Shown here piece by piece: positions 37,246 to 45,163 of a DNA stretch of 46,474 nt. Location: assembly GCA_964523015.1 (NCBI GenBank), contig CAZFXN010000006.1, forward strand, positions 21,211 to 67,684, read 5' to 3'. The notes beneath the pieces are model-generated. The model saw nothing but the letters and a program-made list of their open reading frames with translations, did not search any database and was not told where the DNA came from. Position 1 is the stretch's first letter, and every line of letters begins with the position of its first letter. The position numbers were made by a program, and so were the translations under genes. The DNA is from an uncultured Bdellovibrionales bacterium (GTDB lineage: Bacteria; Bdellovibrionota_C; UBA2361; J135).

Positions 37246-37375
37246 CTTCGTACCTCTGTTTTAAAACTATCAACTTTTAACACACAGTGGAAAAAGAGCA
37301 CAGGAAAAATGAGCTCAGAGATTCACTTACAGAGGCATTCACCACCTAGAGGGGCGATATACTGTGCAAATACTA

Positions 37376-37395
37376 ATGCGGAAGGGCTTCCGCAT
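37376..37395 (-). terminator. Perfect hairpin atgcggaag-gg-cttccgcat; putative terminator of the small-ORF / AAA-ATPase transcription unit.
   Basis: It has 9-bp arms and lies about 55 nt downstream of the small-ORF stop on the minus strand. It is nested in a larger imperfect inverted repeat (gaggggcgata...tatcccctc). Confidence 0.3.
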
Positions 37396-37450
37396 TAGTG
37401 AGGAACATAAGCGGGGAAGCGCTGATACTATCCCCTCTTACTATGAATAA

Positions 37451-37624
37451 TTAGCTGATAGTAATATTTGAAAGATCTTTATCTGAAATTTCATCTTCTA
37501 CTTGTCCACGCTCTTTTTGCTTAGATTCCTTTTTTTCCTTGCAGCATGTTCCCTTAACAGCAAGTGATATAAGCCTCATATCTGAAGCAATGTACTCAGT
37601 AACATCTTTTATTTTTAGATTCAT
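37451..37624 (-). CDS. Small hypothetical protein (57 aa) with a CC pair.
   Basis: It is below the cutoff of the ORF track. The reverse-strand ORF is MNLKIKDVTEYIASDMRLISLAVKGTCCKEKKESKQKERGQVEDEISDKDLSNITIS, with a strong SD AAGGAG 8 nt upstream. It lies downstream of the AAA ATPase on the same strand. Confidence 0.3.
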   Translation of the reverse strand: MNLKIKDVTEYIASDMRLISLAVKGTCCKEKKESKQKERGQVEDEISDKDLSNITIS

Positions 37625-37799
37625 CGCTCGAACTCCTTCTCGATGATAAACATTCCTTTGTCGAGCCGTAGGTTTTGCAAACCTGAATGTGGCCCTAACA
37701 TTGAATTCGTCTAAAACAAAAGATTACTGTCTAAAACGTGGCGAAATTTCTTTCTGATACTAAATTAATAGATTTTCGTAGGGATGCGTAGAAATGTTC

Positions 37800-38954
37800 C
37801 TAAAACTGATTCTCCATATCCTTTAGAGCCTGTGCACGTTTAGCCTCTTCAGGATCGGCGATGATCTTATCTAGAATAAGTCTACCGAATCGAGCATAGA
37901 TAACGTCCATCGGACAGTATCTTGAATCGTTAATTAACGGATCCATAAAATCAGGATGAAATCGCATCATATGCTCAAGTACTGCGCGATCATGTTCAGA
38001 TTTGGCTAAGATATTCCAGATATTCTTACCGATAAAGGTAAAATCTCTTGAGCCCCAATCAAGGAGTTGCTGAACATAGTATCCGGCAGCTAAAAGCTCT
38101 TCAGGAGCTGGTGGACGTTGAAATCTATATGAACCATCACTTGCCCGCATACGATCGGCCAGATCCACTAAGTTAGAAACAAGTTGAGGATTACAGTGAG
38201 GGGATAAGATATTTTTCTCTAAAGTTGAATCAAGATAGGTCATGGTTATCGGATGAACACGTCTTAAAAGTGCTTCATCAGGTACCCGATTAAAGTTCTT
38301 TGTAAATATAATTAAAAGATTATCGATGTTAGCACTAATTTCTGGTCGTGATTCTAACCAAATTATTCCATCCTGAATCGGACCCAAAAAGAAGGTATCA
38401 ATTGCCCCATCAGGCTTATCTAATTCGTCAACTAGTAAGATGACAGGCTGCTTTTGTGAAGCTAAAAAGGCTCTAGAAAGTATCCCTAAATTCATCATTG
38501 CACTTGGATCAGAGGCATCTTTTCCAGTCATGGCATTTACCATGGCTAACGTTGAAGGAGATTCGATTAAATTCTGGGTTGGCATCCCGGTATAGCAGCT
38601 AAGACACATGAACTCTGCCCCAGTGATCTTGGCCAGCGATTTAGCCATAAAGCTTTTTCCGCAACCAGATGGGCCCTCTAGCAATAATGTCCTAACTTTT
38701 TCTGATGGGGTATTAAGAACTAAAGCGATCTGAAATGAAATGAATTCTAAACACTGGTATCCAACAGTAGCTAATTTATCTACCAGTTCCTTTGGATTAC
38801 CAACAACCAATCCTGAAGTTTTACTTTGAGAGACTTCGATTGAAGCTGTATTTGTTTTTGTAGTTTTTGTAGTCTCAGGTTGAGGTTCTTTAACTGTTGC
38901 CCCAACATCTGCAACCTTAAGAGAAACCTGCCCTTGCTTCCTAAGTGGAATCAT
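37800..38954 (-). CDS. MoxR/CbbQ-like AAA+ ATPase.
   Basis: 384 aa. The Walker A is LLLEGPSGCGKSFMAKSLA and the Walker B is ILLVDELDKP. The N-terminal 70 aa are T/K/Q-rich and disordered. No partner VWA-domain gene is adjacent. Confidence 0.75.
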   Translation of the reverse strand: MIPLRKQGQVSLKVADVGATVKEPQPETTKTTKTNTASIEVSQSKTSGLVVGNPKELVDKLATVGYQCLEFISFQIALVLNTPSEKVRTLLLEGPSGCGKSFMAKSLAKITGAEFMCLSCYTGMPTQNLIESPSTLAMVNAMTGKDASDPSAMMNLGILSRAFLASQKQPVILLVDELDKPDGAIDTFFLGPIQDGIIWLESRPEISANIDNLLIIFTKNFNRVPDEALLRRVHPITMTYLDSTLEKNILSPHCNPQLVSNLVDLADRMRASDGSYRFQRPPAPEELLAAGYYVQQLLDWGSRDFTFIGKNIWNILAKSEHDRAVLEHMMRFHPDFMDPLINDSRYCPMDVIYARFGRLILDKIIADPEEAKRAQALKDMENQF

Positions 38955-39144
38955 ATCTACCTAATAAAACTCTGAAAAAGTGCAATTCAATTGCGTAACT
39001 ATTCAGTACTGTTATGACAGGTTGTGGCCTTTGGGTGACATTTATATAGGCCCAAAATAAAGGCTAATTAGCTAATCTTTCAAGAGTTTTTCTAGTATTA
39101 TTACTATACTTTCCTATCTGACCCTCTCCTCTTAAAAAATCCCT

Positions 39145-39162
39145 TACTTCTACGTAGAAGTA
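39145..39162. repeat. Perfect 18-bp palindrome tacttctacgtagaagta (copy 1), upstream of the HNH gene.
   Basis: It has 9-bp arms and sits in the divergent promoter region between the AAA ATPase and the HNH gene. It is near-identical to copy 2 at 40214-40231. Confidence 0.6.
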
Positions 39163-39491
39163 AAATGGAAAACTTTGTTAATATATTTATCTAAAGTTGG
39201 TGGCGGATTTTTATAATAGCTACACAGATAAAAATTAAAAAAGTTTTGAAATTCCAAAAGATGACTACTTTTCTCTTGACAGGATTTCTAGAGCATCCTC
39301 TTAAGCTAAGATCAAATCTAAATAAAGACCTATTAAACGCTTTACGATTCTCTATAAAAATTTTTTTTAAAATACCATCGCGATTTTTGGTAAAGATACG
39401 AGATCTCACCTCCTTGCCCCTCTAAGAGGCCCTCAAAAACCTATGATATGCTTATTATATAATGCGAAATATTTAAATCTTAGGAAGCGGT

Positions 39492-40160
39492 ATGGATATT
39501 AAAAATTTATCAGATAACGAATTAACCTCTCGAATAGATTTACTTAGAAGTAAGTAACGAGAGATCACTCTTAAATTTCTTATTCATCTTGGGGAATTTG
39601 ATAAGAGAAGATTATACTTAGAATTAGGGTTCTCGTCCCTTTTTGATTACTGTACTAGGAAACTCGGGTATTCTGATGGGAGTGCATTTAGAAGGTTAGA
39701 GAGTGCTAGATGCCTTAGAGAGAATCCTGAATTATCTAACTATATTCTATCTGGAAAAGTCTCTCTACCTAAAGAGGTTTATAATGAGCTTCAAATCCTT
39801 AGGTCTAAGCTATCAAATAAACTAGGATCAAATATCTCTATTGAGGCAGTCTTTCCTGAGTTAATTAAAAGTTACGATAAAAAAGGTAGGGCAACGATAG
39901 TAAGAAAATCAAACGAGAATAGTCGATATATTCCCGTCTCAATAAAGAGAGAGGTCTCCGATCGTGATGGATGTCAATGCAGCTATGTTTCCCCAAATGG
40001 AGTGCGTTGTACCCAGAATCATTATCTTAACTATGATCATGTAAGGCTGTTTGCATTAGGTGGGAAAACAAATAGTGATAATCTTAGACTTTTATGTCGA
40101 GCCCATAATCAGATGTTTGCTAGAATGACTTTTGGTGAGTTAGATTTTGCTCGGAAATAA
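39492..40160 (+). pseudogene. HNH endonuclease gene interrupted by a single in-frame TAA at 39555-39557.
   Basis: One continuous frame reads MDIKNLSDNELTSRIDLLRSK*REITLKFLIHLGEFDKRRLYLELGFSSLFDYCTRKLGYSDGSAFRRLESARCLRENPEL...REVSDRDGCQCSYVSPNGVRCTQNHYLNYDHVRLFALGGKTNSDNLRLLCRAHNQ. The second part carries the His-Asn-His nuclease motif. This is the widespread family of small HNH endonucleases. The SD AGGAAG lies before the ATG. There is no in-frame start codon after the stop until near the end of the frame. Confidence 0.7.
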
Positions 40161-40213
40161 TCAATCGAAATAATTTTTAATAAAGAGGAAATCTTGGGTA
40201 GTTTCCCTATTTT

Positions 40214-40231
40214 TACTTCTACGTCGAAGTC
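40214..40231. repeat. Near-identical 18-bp palindromic repeat tacttctacgtcgaagtc (copy 2), between the convergent HNH and Dam genes.
   Basis: 17 of 18 positions are identical to copy 1. The extended flank also matches (ccct[at]..ttacttctacgtNgaagtNaat). It lies between the two stop codons and could also act as a bidirectional terminator. Confidence 0.6.
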
Positions 40232-40265
40232 AATCTGTATTTATTTGGTTTACAAAGAGGATAAG

Positions 40266-41141
40266 TTAATAATTCATCACAAGATGCTCGGTAACGGCAC
40301 CGCGCTTATCAGCTTTTGAATTAATCATTCTAAGCATTGGAACATCAACTACTCTAAATCCAGAATAGAGCTCTTTGGTCAAATCGTGTCCAGCATTTGA
40401 AAGCATTAAGATTACACCACGTTTATCAAGATCTCTAAATAAAGAGGCTAATTCCTGCTGCTCTTCCATACCAAATCCACCCTTATCATAGGCTGTAAAA
40501 GATGAAGTTTTATTAAGTGGAATATACGGAGGATCAAAATATACAAAATCTCCCTCTCCAAACGCTTCCCAAGGGAGATCTTGAAACGGAATATTTTCAA
40601 TTACTGCACCCTTAAGTGCATCAGAGCAAGCCAAAATTCTTTCAGTATCTACAATAGTAGGATTAGTGTATCGCCCAAAGGGAACATTAAATATGCCCTT
40701 TGAATTAACCCGATAAAGACCATTAAAGCCTGTTCGATTTAAATAGATCATCCGTGCTGCCACCTCGACTTCTGTAAGTCCTGTTGGATCGATCGCCCGA
40801 ACAGAGTAGTAATAATCTTTATCGTAGTAGTGTCTTGAAAGTGCTTCAATTAAATCTCTTGGCTTATCGCGAACCATTCGATATGTAGTAATTAACTCAG
40901 CATTACTATCAGCTAAAAAAGAGGATCCCGGTTGGAGATGAAAGAAAAGTGCAGCCCCTCCTAGGAATGGCTCACAATACATTTTGAAATTTCGAGGGAG
41001 GTACTCTTTAAGACGGGGAATCATCCCCCTTTTGCCACCGGCCCATTTAAGAAATGGTACAGCATCAGCCGCTCTAAGACGAAGACGAGATTTTATTTTG
41101 GCAGTATTAGACACGGAGACAACACCTCTTAACGGAGGCAA
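40266..41141 (-). CDS. Dam-family (D12 class) N6-adenine DNA methyltransferase.
   Basis: 291 aa. The AdoMet motif I is FLKWAGGKRGMIPRLKEYLP...YCEPFLGGAALFF. The catalytic DPPY motif is FVYFDPPYIP. Confidence 0.85.
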   Translation of the reverse strand: MPPLRGVVSVSNTAKIKSRLRLRAADAVPFLKWAGGKRGMIPRLKEYLPRNFKMYCEPFLGGAALFFHLQPGSSFLADSNAELITTYRMVRDKPRDLIEALSRHYYDKDYYYSVRAIDPTGLTEVEVAARMIYLNRTGFNGLYRVNSKGIFNVPFGRYTNPTIVDTERILACSDALKGAVIENIPFQDLPWEAFGEGDFVYFDPPYIPLNKTSSFTAYDKGGFGMEEQQELASLFRDLDKRGVILMLSNAGHDLTKELYSGFRVVDVPMLRMINSKADKRGAVTEHLVMNY

Positions 41142-41187
41142 TTTACCCTGATTACGTTGCTATGAAAAGAGGTATCGGTAGGCCTCA

Positions 41188-42189
41188 TTAAGTGCCGGAA
41201 ATAGTGGAATCTATCTCTTTAGCTGGTGGTTTAGATGCTGTTTTCTCATCAGATTCAATCCTAGCTCGATTCTCTAAAAACCACTGGTATGTAACATCGA
41301 GTCCTAGTGGGAGAAGCACATTGGCTGAAAATGAGATCTCTTCCTTGGCTTTAGAAACATCAAGGCATCGTCGTGGCTGGCCATTTGGTTTTGTAGTATC
41401 CCAAGCTATTTCACCTTGAAAACCTGTAACTTTCTTAACTGTAGTAGCCAATTCTTTCATCGTAATCTCACGACCAGATCCTATATTCATTGGATCTGCG
41501 GAATCATACCTCTCAGCAGCTAAGCGAACAGCTAAAGCAGCATCCTCAACAAAAAGAAACTCTCGACTAGCACTACCATCTCCCCACAAAACTACTTTGC
41601 TATCTCCACGTACTTTTGCATCATGGAACTTTCTAAGCATTGCCGGTATCACATGTGAATTTTCTAAATGAAAGTTATCTTTTGGTCCATAAAGATTAAC
41701 CATCATTAAGTTAATTCCTTTAAAACCGAACTCTTTTAGGTAAGATTGAAGCTGAACGATCAACATCTTTTTGGCCAATCCATACGGAGCATTTGTCTCC
41801 TCTGGATAGCCATTCCAGAGATCGCTCTCTTTAAATGGTACTGGTGTAAACTTTGGATACGCACAGATCGTACAAACATTAACAAACTTTTTAATGCCAA
41901 CTTTGCGTGCCTCTTCGACCAACTGCACACCGATCATAAGATTTTCATAAAAAAATGTCCCGGGTTGTTTACTATTCGCGCCGATCCCGCCAACTTTTGC
42001 AGCTAAGTGAATTATTGTATCAGCAGGTTTGTCTTTCAGTAAGGCTTTGACTGCTTTAGCATCACATAGATCGTATTCACTTGATCTAAATGTAAAGATA
42101 TTTTTAATCGTTTTGCAGTTTAACTTTAATTCAGAAACTACATGTTGTCCCAAAAATCCATTGGCACCTGTAATAAGGACATTCTTCAT
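41188..42189 (-). CDS. fcl: GDP-L-fucose synthase (GDP-4-keto-6-deoxy-D-mannose 3,5-epimerase/4-reductase).
   Basis: 333 aa. The Rossmann motif is ITGANGFLGQHV. The SDR YxxxK context is APYGLAKK. The Fcl-like blocks are NLMMVNLYGPKDNF, HVIPAMLRKF and VLWGDGSASREFLFVEDAA. There is a C-terminal extension of about 25 aa. Confidence 0.85.
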   Translation of the reverse strand: MKNVLITGANGFLGQHVVSELKLNCKTIKNIFTFRSSEYDLCDAKAVKALLKDKPADTIIHLAAKVGGIGANSKQPGTFFYENLMIGVQLVEEARKVGIKKFVNVCTICAYPKFTPVPFKESDLWNGYPEETNAPYGLAKKMLIVQLQSYLKEFGFKGINLMMVNLYGPKDNFHLENSHVIPAMLRKFHDAKVRGDSKVVLWGDGSASREFLFVEDAALAVRLAAERYDSADPMNIGSGREITMKELATTVKKVTGFQGEIAWDTTKPNGQPRRCLDVSKAKEEISFSANVLLPLGLDVTYQWFLENRARIESDEKTASKPPAKEIDSTISGT

Positions 42190-42459
42190 GGCAAAAACCT
42201 AAATTTATTTAACCGTATCAGTGAACAAAGCTATGAGTTAATAGATGCCCAATAAATCTAAGAAGCTTCTGATATATATAGCCACGTTTTTTTGTATTAA
42301 TTTTAGACAGTTATGGGCTTTATATTTTGAATATTTATTTATTTTGTAATTAGGTTCTAAAAGGAGTGTAAATCCAGTCTTATTATCATAAATTTCTTTT
42401 AATCGCTTACCTATAACCTTATATTGTTAAGGATCGAAAATTTATAAGAGAATAATTTT

Positions 42460-43464
42460 ATGAAAGTTATCGGATATGCAACAACCTCTCCAGGAAAAAG
42501 ACTTGAGCCATTTTCATATGAACTAGGTAAGCTAAGTTCACATGAAGTTCGTATTCAAATTTCTCACTGTGGAATATGTCACAGCGATGTTCACCTTATA
42601 GATAATGATTGGCAGATCAGTAAATATCCCTTAGTCCCTGGACATGAAGTAATAGGTATTGTTTCTGAGATGGGAACAGAGGTTTCCACCCTAAGAATAG
42701 GTGATCGTGTTGGAGTAGGATGGCAATGTGGTAGCTGTTTAGAGTGTGAATACTGCGTTAAGGGGGACGAGAATCTATGTCAAGACAGTAGCTCAACCTG
42801 TGTTGGTCGCTATGGTGGATTCTCAGAGATGCTGCAAACAGATAGCCGTTTTGCATTTAAAATTCCTGATGGACTTGAGTCTGATTCAGCAGCTCCTCTA
42901 TTATGTGGTGGAATTACTGTTTATTCCCCACTTCGACATTTTGGTGTTTTACCAGGAATGCATGTGGGAGTAGTCGGTATTGGTGGTCTTGGTCATTTAG
43001 CGGTTCAATTTGCCCGAAATTTTGGTTGTCGAGTGACAGCTTTTTCTACTACGAAAAGTAAAGAGGAAGAGGCATTGGCACTAGGTGCTCATGCATTTAT
43101 TCCAAGTAATGATCTTGATGAGCTTGCTCATGCTGCCTATACGTTAGACTTTATTTTAGTCACGGCGAATGCAACTCTTGACTGGGAATCTTATGTTCGT
43201 GCTTTAAAGCCTAATGGAAAACTCTGCTTTGTTGGGGCAGCACCAGATAATCTAACAGTCAGCATCATGGAGCTTTTATCAAAGCGAAAATCAATCTGTG
43301 GGAGTCCAATTGGCGGAAGGCATACAATTAGAGAGATGCTCTCTTTTGCGGCGAATAACGATATTTATGCAAAAACTGAAGTTTTACCAATGAGTGAAGT
43401 AAACACGGCCCTTGATAAAGTTCGGGCAAATAAGGCTCGATATCGCATGGTTCTCAAAAATTAG
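42460..43464 (+). CDS. Zn-dependent NADP-alcohol dehydrogenase, cinnamyl-alcohol-dehydrogenase (YahK-like) family.
   Basis: 334 aa. The catalytic and structural Zn motifs are GHEVIGIVSEMG and GWQCGSCLECEYCVKGDENLC. The Rossmann motif is GVVGIGGLGHLAVQFA. Confidence 0.85.
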   Translation: MKVIGYATTSPGKRLEPFSYELGKLSSHEVRIQISHCGICHSDVHLIDNDWQISKYPLVPGHEVIGIVSEMGTEVSTLRIGDRVGVGWQCGSCLECEYCVKGDENLCQDSSSTCVGRYGGFSEMLQTDSRFAFKIPDGLESDSAAPLLCGGITVYSPLRHFGVLPGMHVGVVGIGGLGHLAVQFARNFGCRVTAFSTTKSKEEEALALGAHAFIPSNDLDELAHAAYTLDFILVTANATLDWESYVRALKPNGKLCFVGAAPDNLTVSIMELLSKRKSICGSPIGGRHTIREMLSFAANNDIYAKTEVLPMSEVNTALDKVRANKARYRMVLKN

Positions 43465-43546
43465 TAAACCTGCTATAACGCTTCTCCACTTACCTCTTAA
43501 CTACTCGTTAAGATCGTAGGTTTGCGTGTAATTTGAAGTAGTAATT

Positions 43547-45160
43547 ATGAATGACTCTGTAAATATATCCTCAATGATTGCCGCTGAAACTGCTCAGCGC
43601 AGAACATTTGCGATCATTAGTCATCCTGATGCTGGTAAAACTACACTTACTGAAAAGCTTCTTTTGTATGCCGGTATGATTCATACCGCCGGAATGGTCC
43701 GAGGCAGAAAAAATGCTCGTCAAGTAAGCTCTGATTGGATGAGCATGGAGAGAGAGCGAGGAATATCTATTACAGCTTCTGCGATGCAATTTAGATATAA
43801 AGATGTGGTCATTAACGTCCTTGATACTCCAGGTCATCAAGATTTCTCTGAAGACACTTATCGAACCCTTACTGCTGCTGATAGTGCAGTCATGGTGATT
43901 GATGCGGCAAAGGGTGTTGAAACTCAAACAAGGAAATTGTTTGCAGTTTGTCGGCTTCGAAACACCCCTATCCTTACCTTTGTAAATAAGATGGATATGC
44001 CAGGTAGAGATCCTTTTGATCTTATGTCTGAGGTAGAAAGCGTCCTTGGTATACAATCCTCCCCTGTTAATTGGCCGATCGGATCGGGCCGAGATTTTGT
44101 AGGAATAGTTAATATTCTAGATGGTGATTTAACCTTATTTAAAGAAACTGATGGTGGCTCTCATCGAGCAGCAATTGAGAGAGTGACTCTTGAAGAAGCC
44201 AAAAAAAGAGGAATCCTCTCTACAGAGCGAATTACCCAGTTAGAATACGAGCTCTCTCTTTTAAAAGAAGCAGGCACTCCGTTTAGTAAAGAGAGATTTT
44301 TAGCTGGTGAGATCACCCCTGTATTTTTTGGATCTGCTCTAACAAATTTTGGAGTTGAACCTTTCTTTGACAAGTTTGCTGAATTTGCTCCATGCCCTGG
44401 TCCTAGATTAGCAGATCTTGAGGACGGTAGTGGAGAGATTCTAATAGATCCGGTGAAGAATAAATTCTCAGCTTATGTTTTTAAAATTCAAGCCAATATG
44501 GATCCGCGCCATAGAGATAGTATGGCCTTTTTACGGGTCTGTTCCGGACAATTTGAACGCGACTTAGTAATTAAACACCACCGTTTAAATAAAGAGCTTC
44601 GATTATCAAGATCACACAGTATGTTTGGTGGGGAGCGAAGCACAGTCGACGCAGCGTACCCCGGAGATATTGTAGGTGTAGTAAATCCAGGTGTGTTTAC
44701 AATTGGTGACTGTGTTTCCCTAGAAGGCGGATTTAATTTTAAACCGATGCCAAAATTCTCTCCTGAGGTAATCGCCCGAATTCGACCGAGCGATGTTTTA
44801 AAAAAGAAAGCTTTTGATAAAGGTCTTTTACAACTTGGTAGCGAGGGAGCAGTACTTATGCTGCAACCAAGAGGTCATGTTAGCAGTGAATGTCTTGTAG
44901 CTGCAGTCGGACGACTCCAATTTGAAGTACTCCAACATCGATTAAGAGAGGAATACAAAGTTGAAACGAAACTAGAAGTTCTCTCTTATCAACATGGAGC
45001 CTGGCTCTTTGGTGATCCAGATCGATTTAAACCTCCATCAACCTCAATGTTGGCTACCGATCCTGCTGGTCGTACAATCTTGCTGTACGAAAATGAGTGG
45101 GAAAAAAGATACGCCCTAGAAAACAATCCTGGGTATGAGCTAAAAGATTTTATTGAGTAA
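43547..45160 (+). CDS. prfC: Peptide chain release factor 3 (translational GTPase).
   Basis: 537 aa. G1 is AIISHPDAGKTTLTEKLL, G3 is VLDTPGHQDF and G4 is NKMD. The overall architecture is RF3. Confidence 0.9.
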   Translation: MNDSVNISSMIAAETAQRRTFAIISHPDAGKTTLTEKLLLYAGMIHTAGMVRGRKNARQVSSDWMSMERERGISITASAMQFRYKDVVINVLDTPGHQDFSEDTYRTLTAADSAVMVIDAAKGVETQTRKLFAVCRLRNTPILTFVNKMDMPGRDPFDLMSEVESVLGIQSSPVNWPIGSGRDFVGIVNILDGDLTLFKETDGGSHRAAIERVTLEEAKKRGILSTERITQLEYELSLLKEAGTPFSKERFLAGEITPVFFGSALTNFGVEPFFDKFAEFAPCPGPRLADLEDGSGEILIDPVKNKFSAYVFKIQANMDPRHRDSMAFLRVCSGQFERDLVIKHHRLNKELRLSRSHSMFGGERSTVDAAYPGDIVGVVNPGVFTIGDCVSLEGGFNFKPMPKFSPEVIARIRPSDVLKKKAFDKGLLQLGSEGAVLMLQPRGHVSSECLVAAVGRLQFEVLQHRLREEYKVETKLEVLSYQHGAWLFGDPDRFKPPSTSMLATDPAGRTILLYENEWEKRYALENNPGYELKDFIE

Positions 45161-45163
45161 ACA

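Noticed and set aside
39191-39409. A 72-aa minus-strand ORF in the intergenic region between the AAA ATPase and the HNH gene.
   Set aside because: It has a low-complexity basic sequence and no RBS. It overlaps the divergent promoter region and the palindromic repeat, so it is likely noncoding.
39555-39557. The possibility that the in-frame TAA reflects an alternative genetic code.
   Set aside because: All other genes in the window are intact under the standard code and use TAA, TAG and TGA as terminators. An isolated nonsense mutation or a sequencing error is far more likely.
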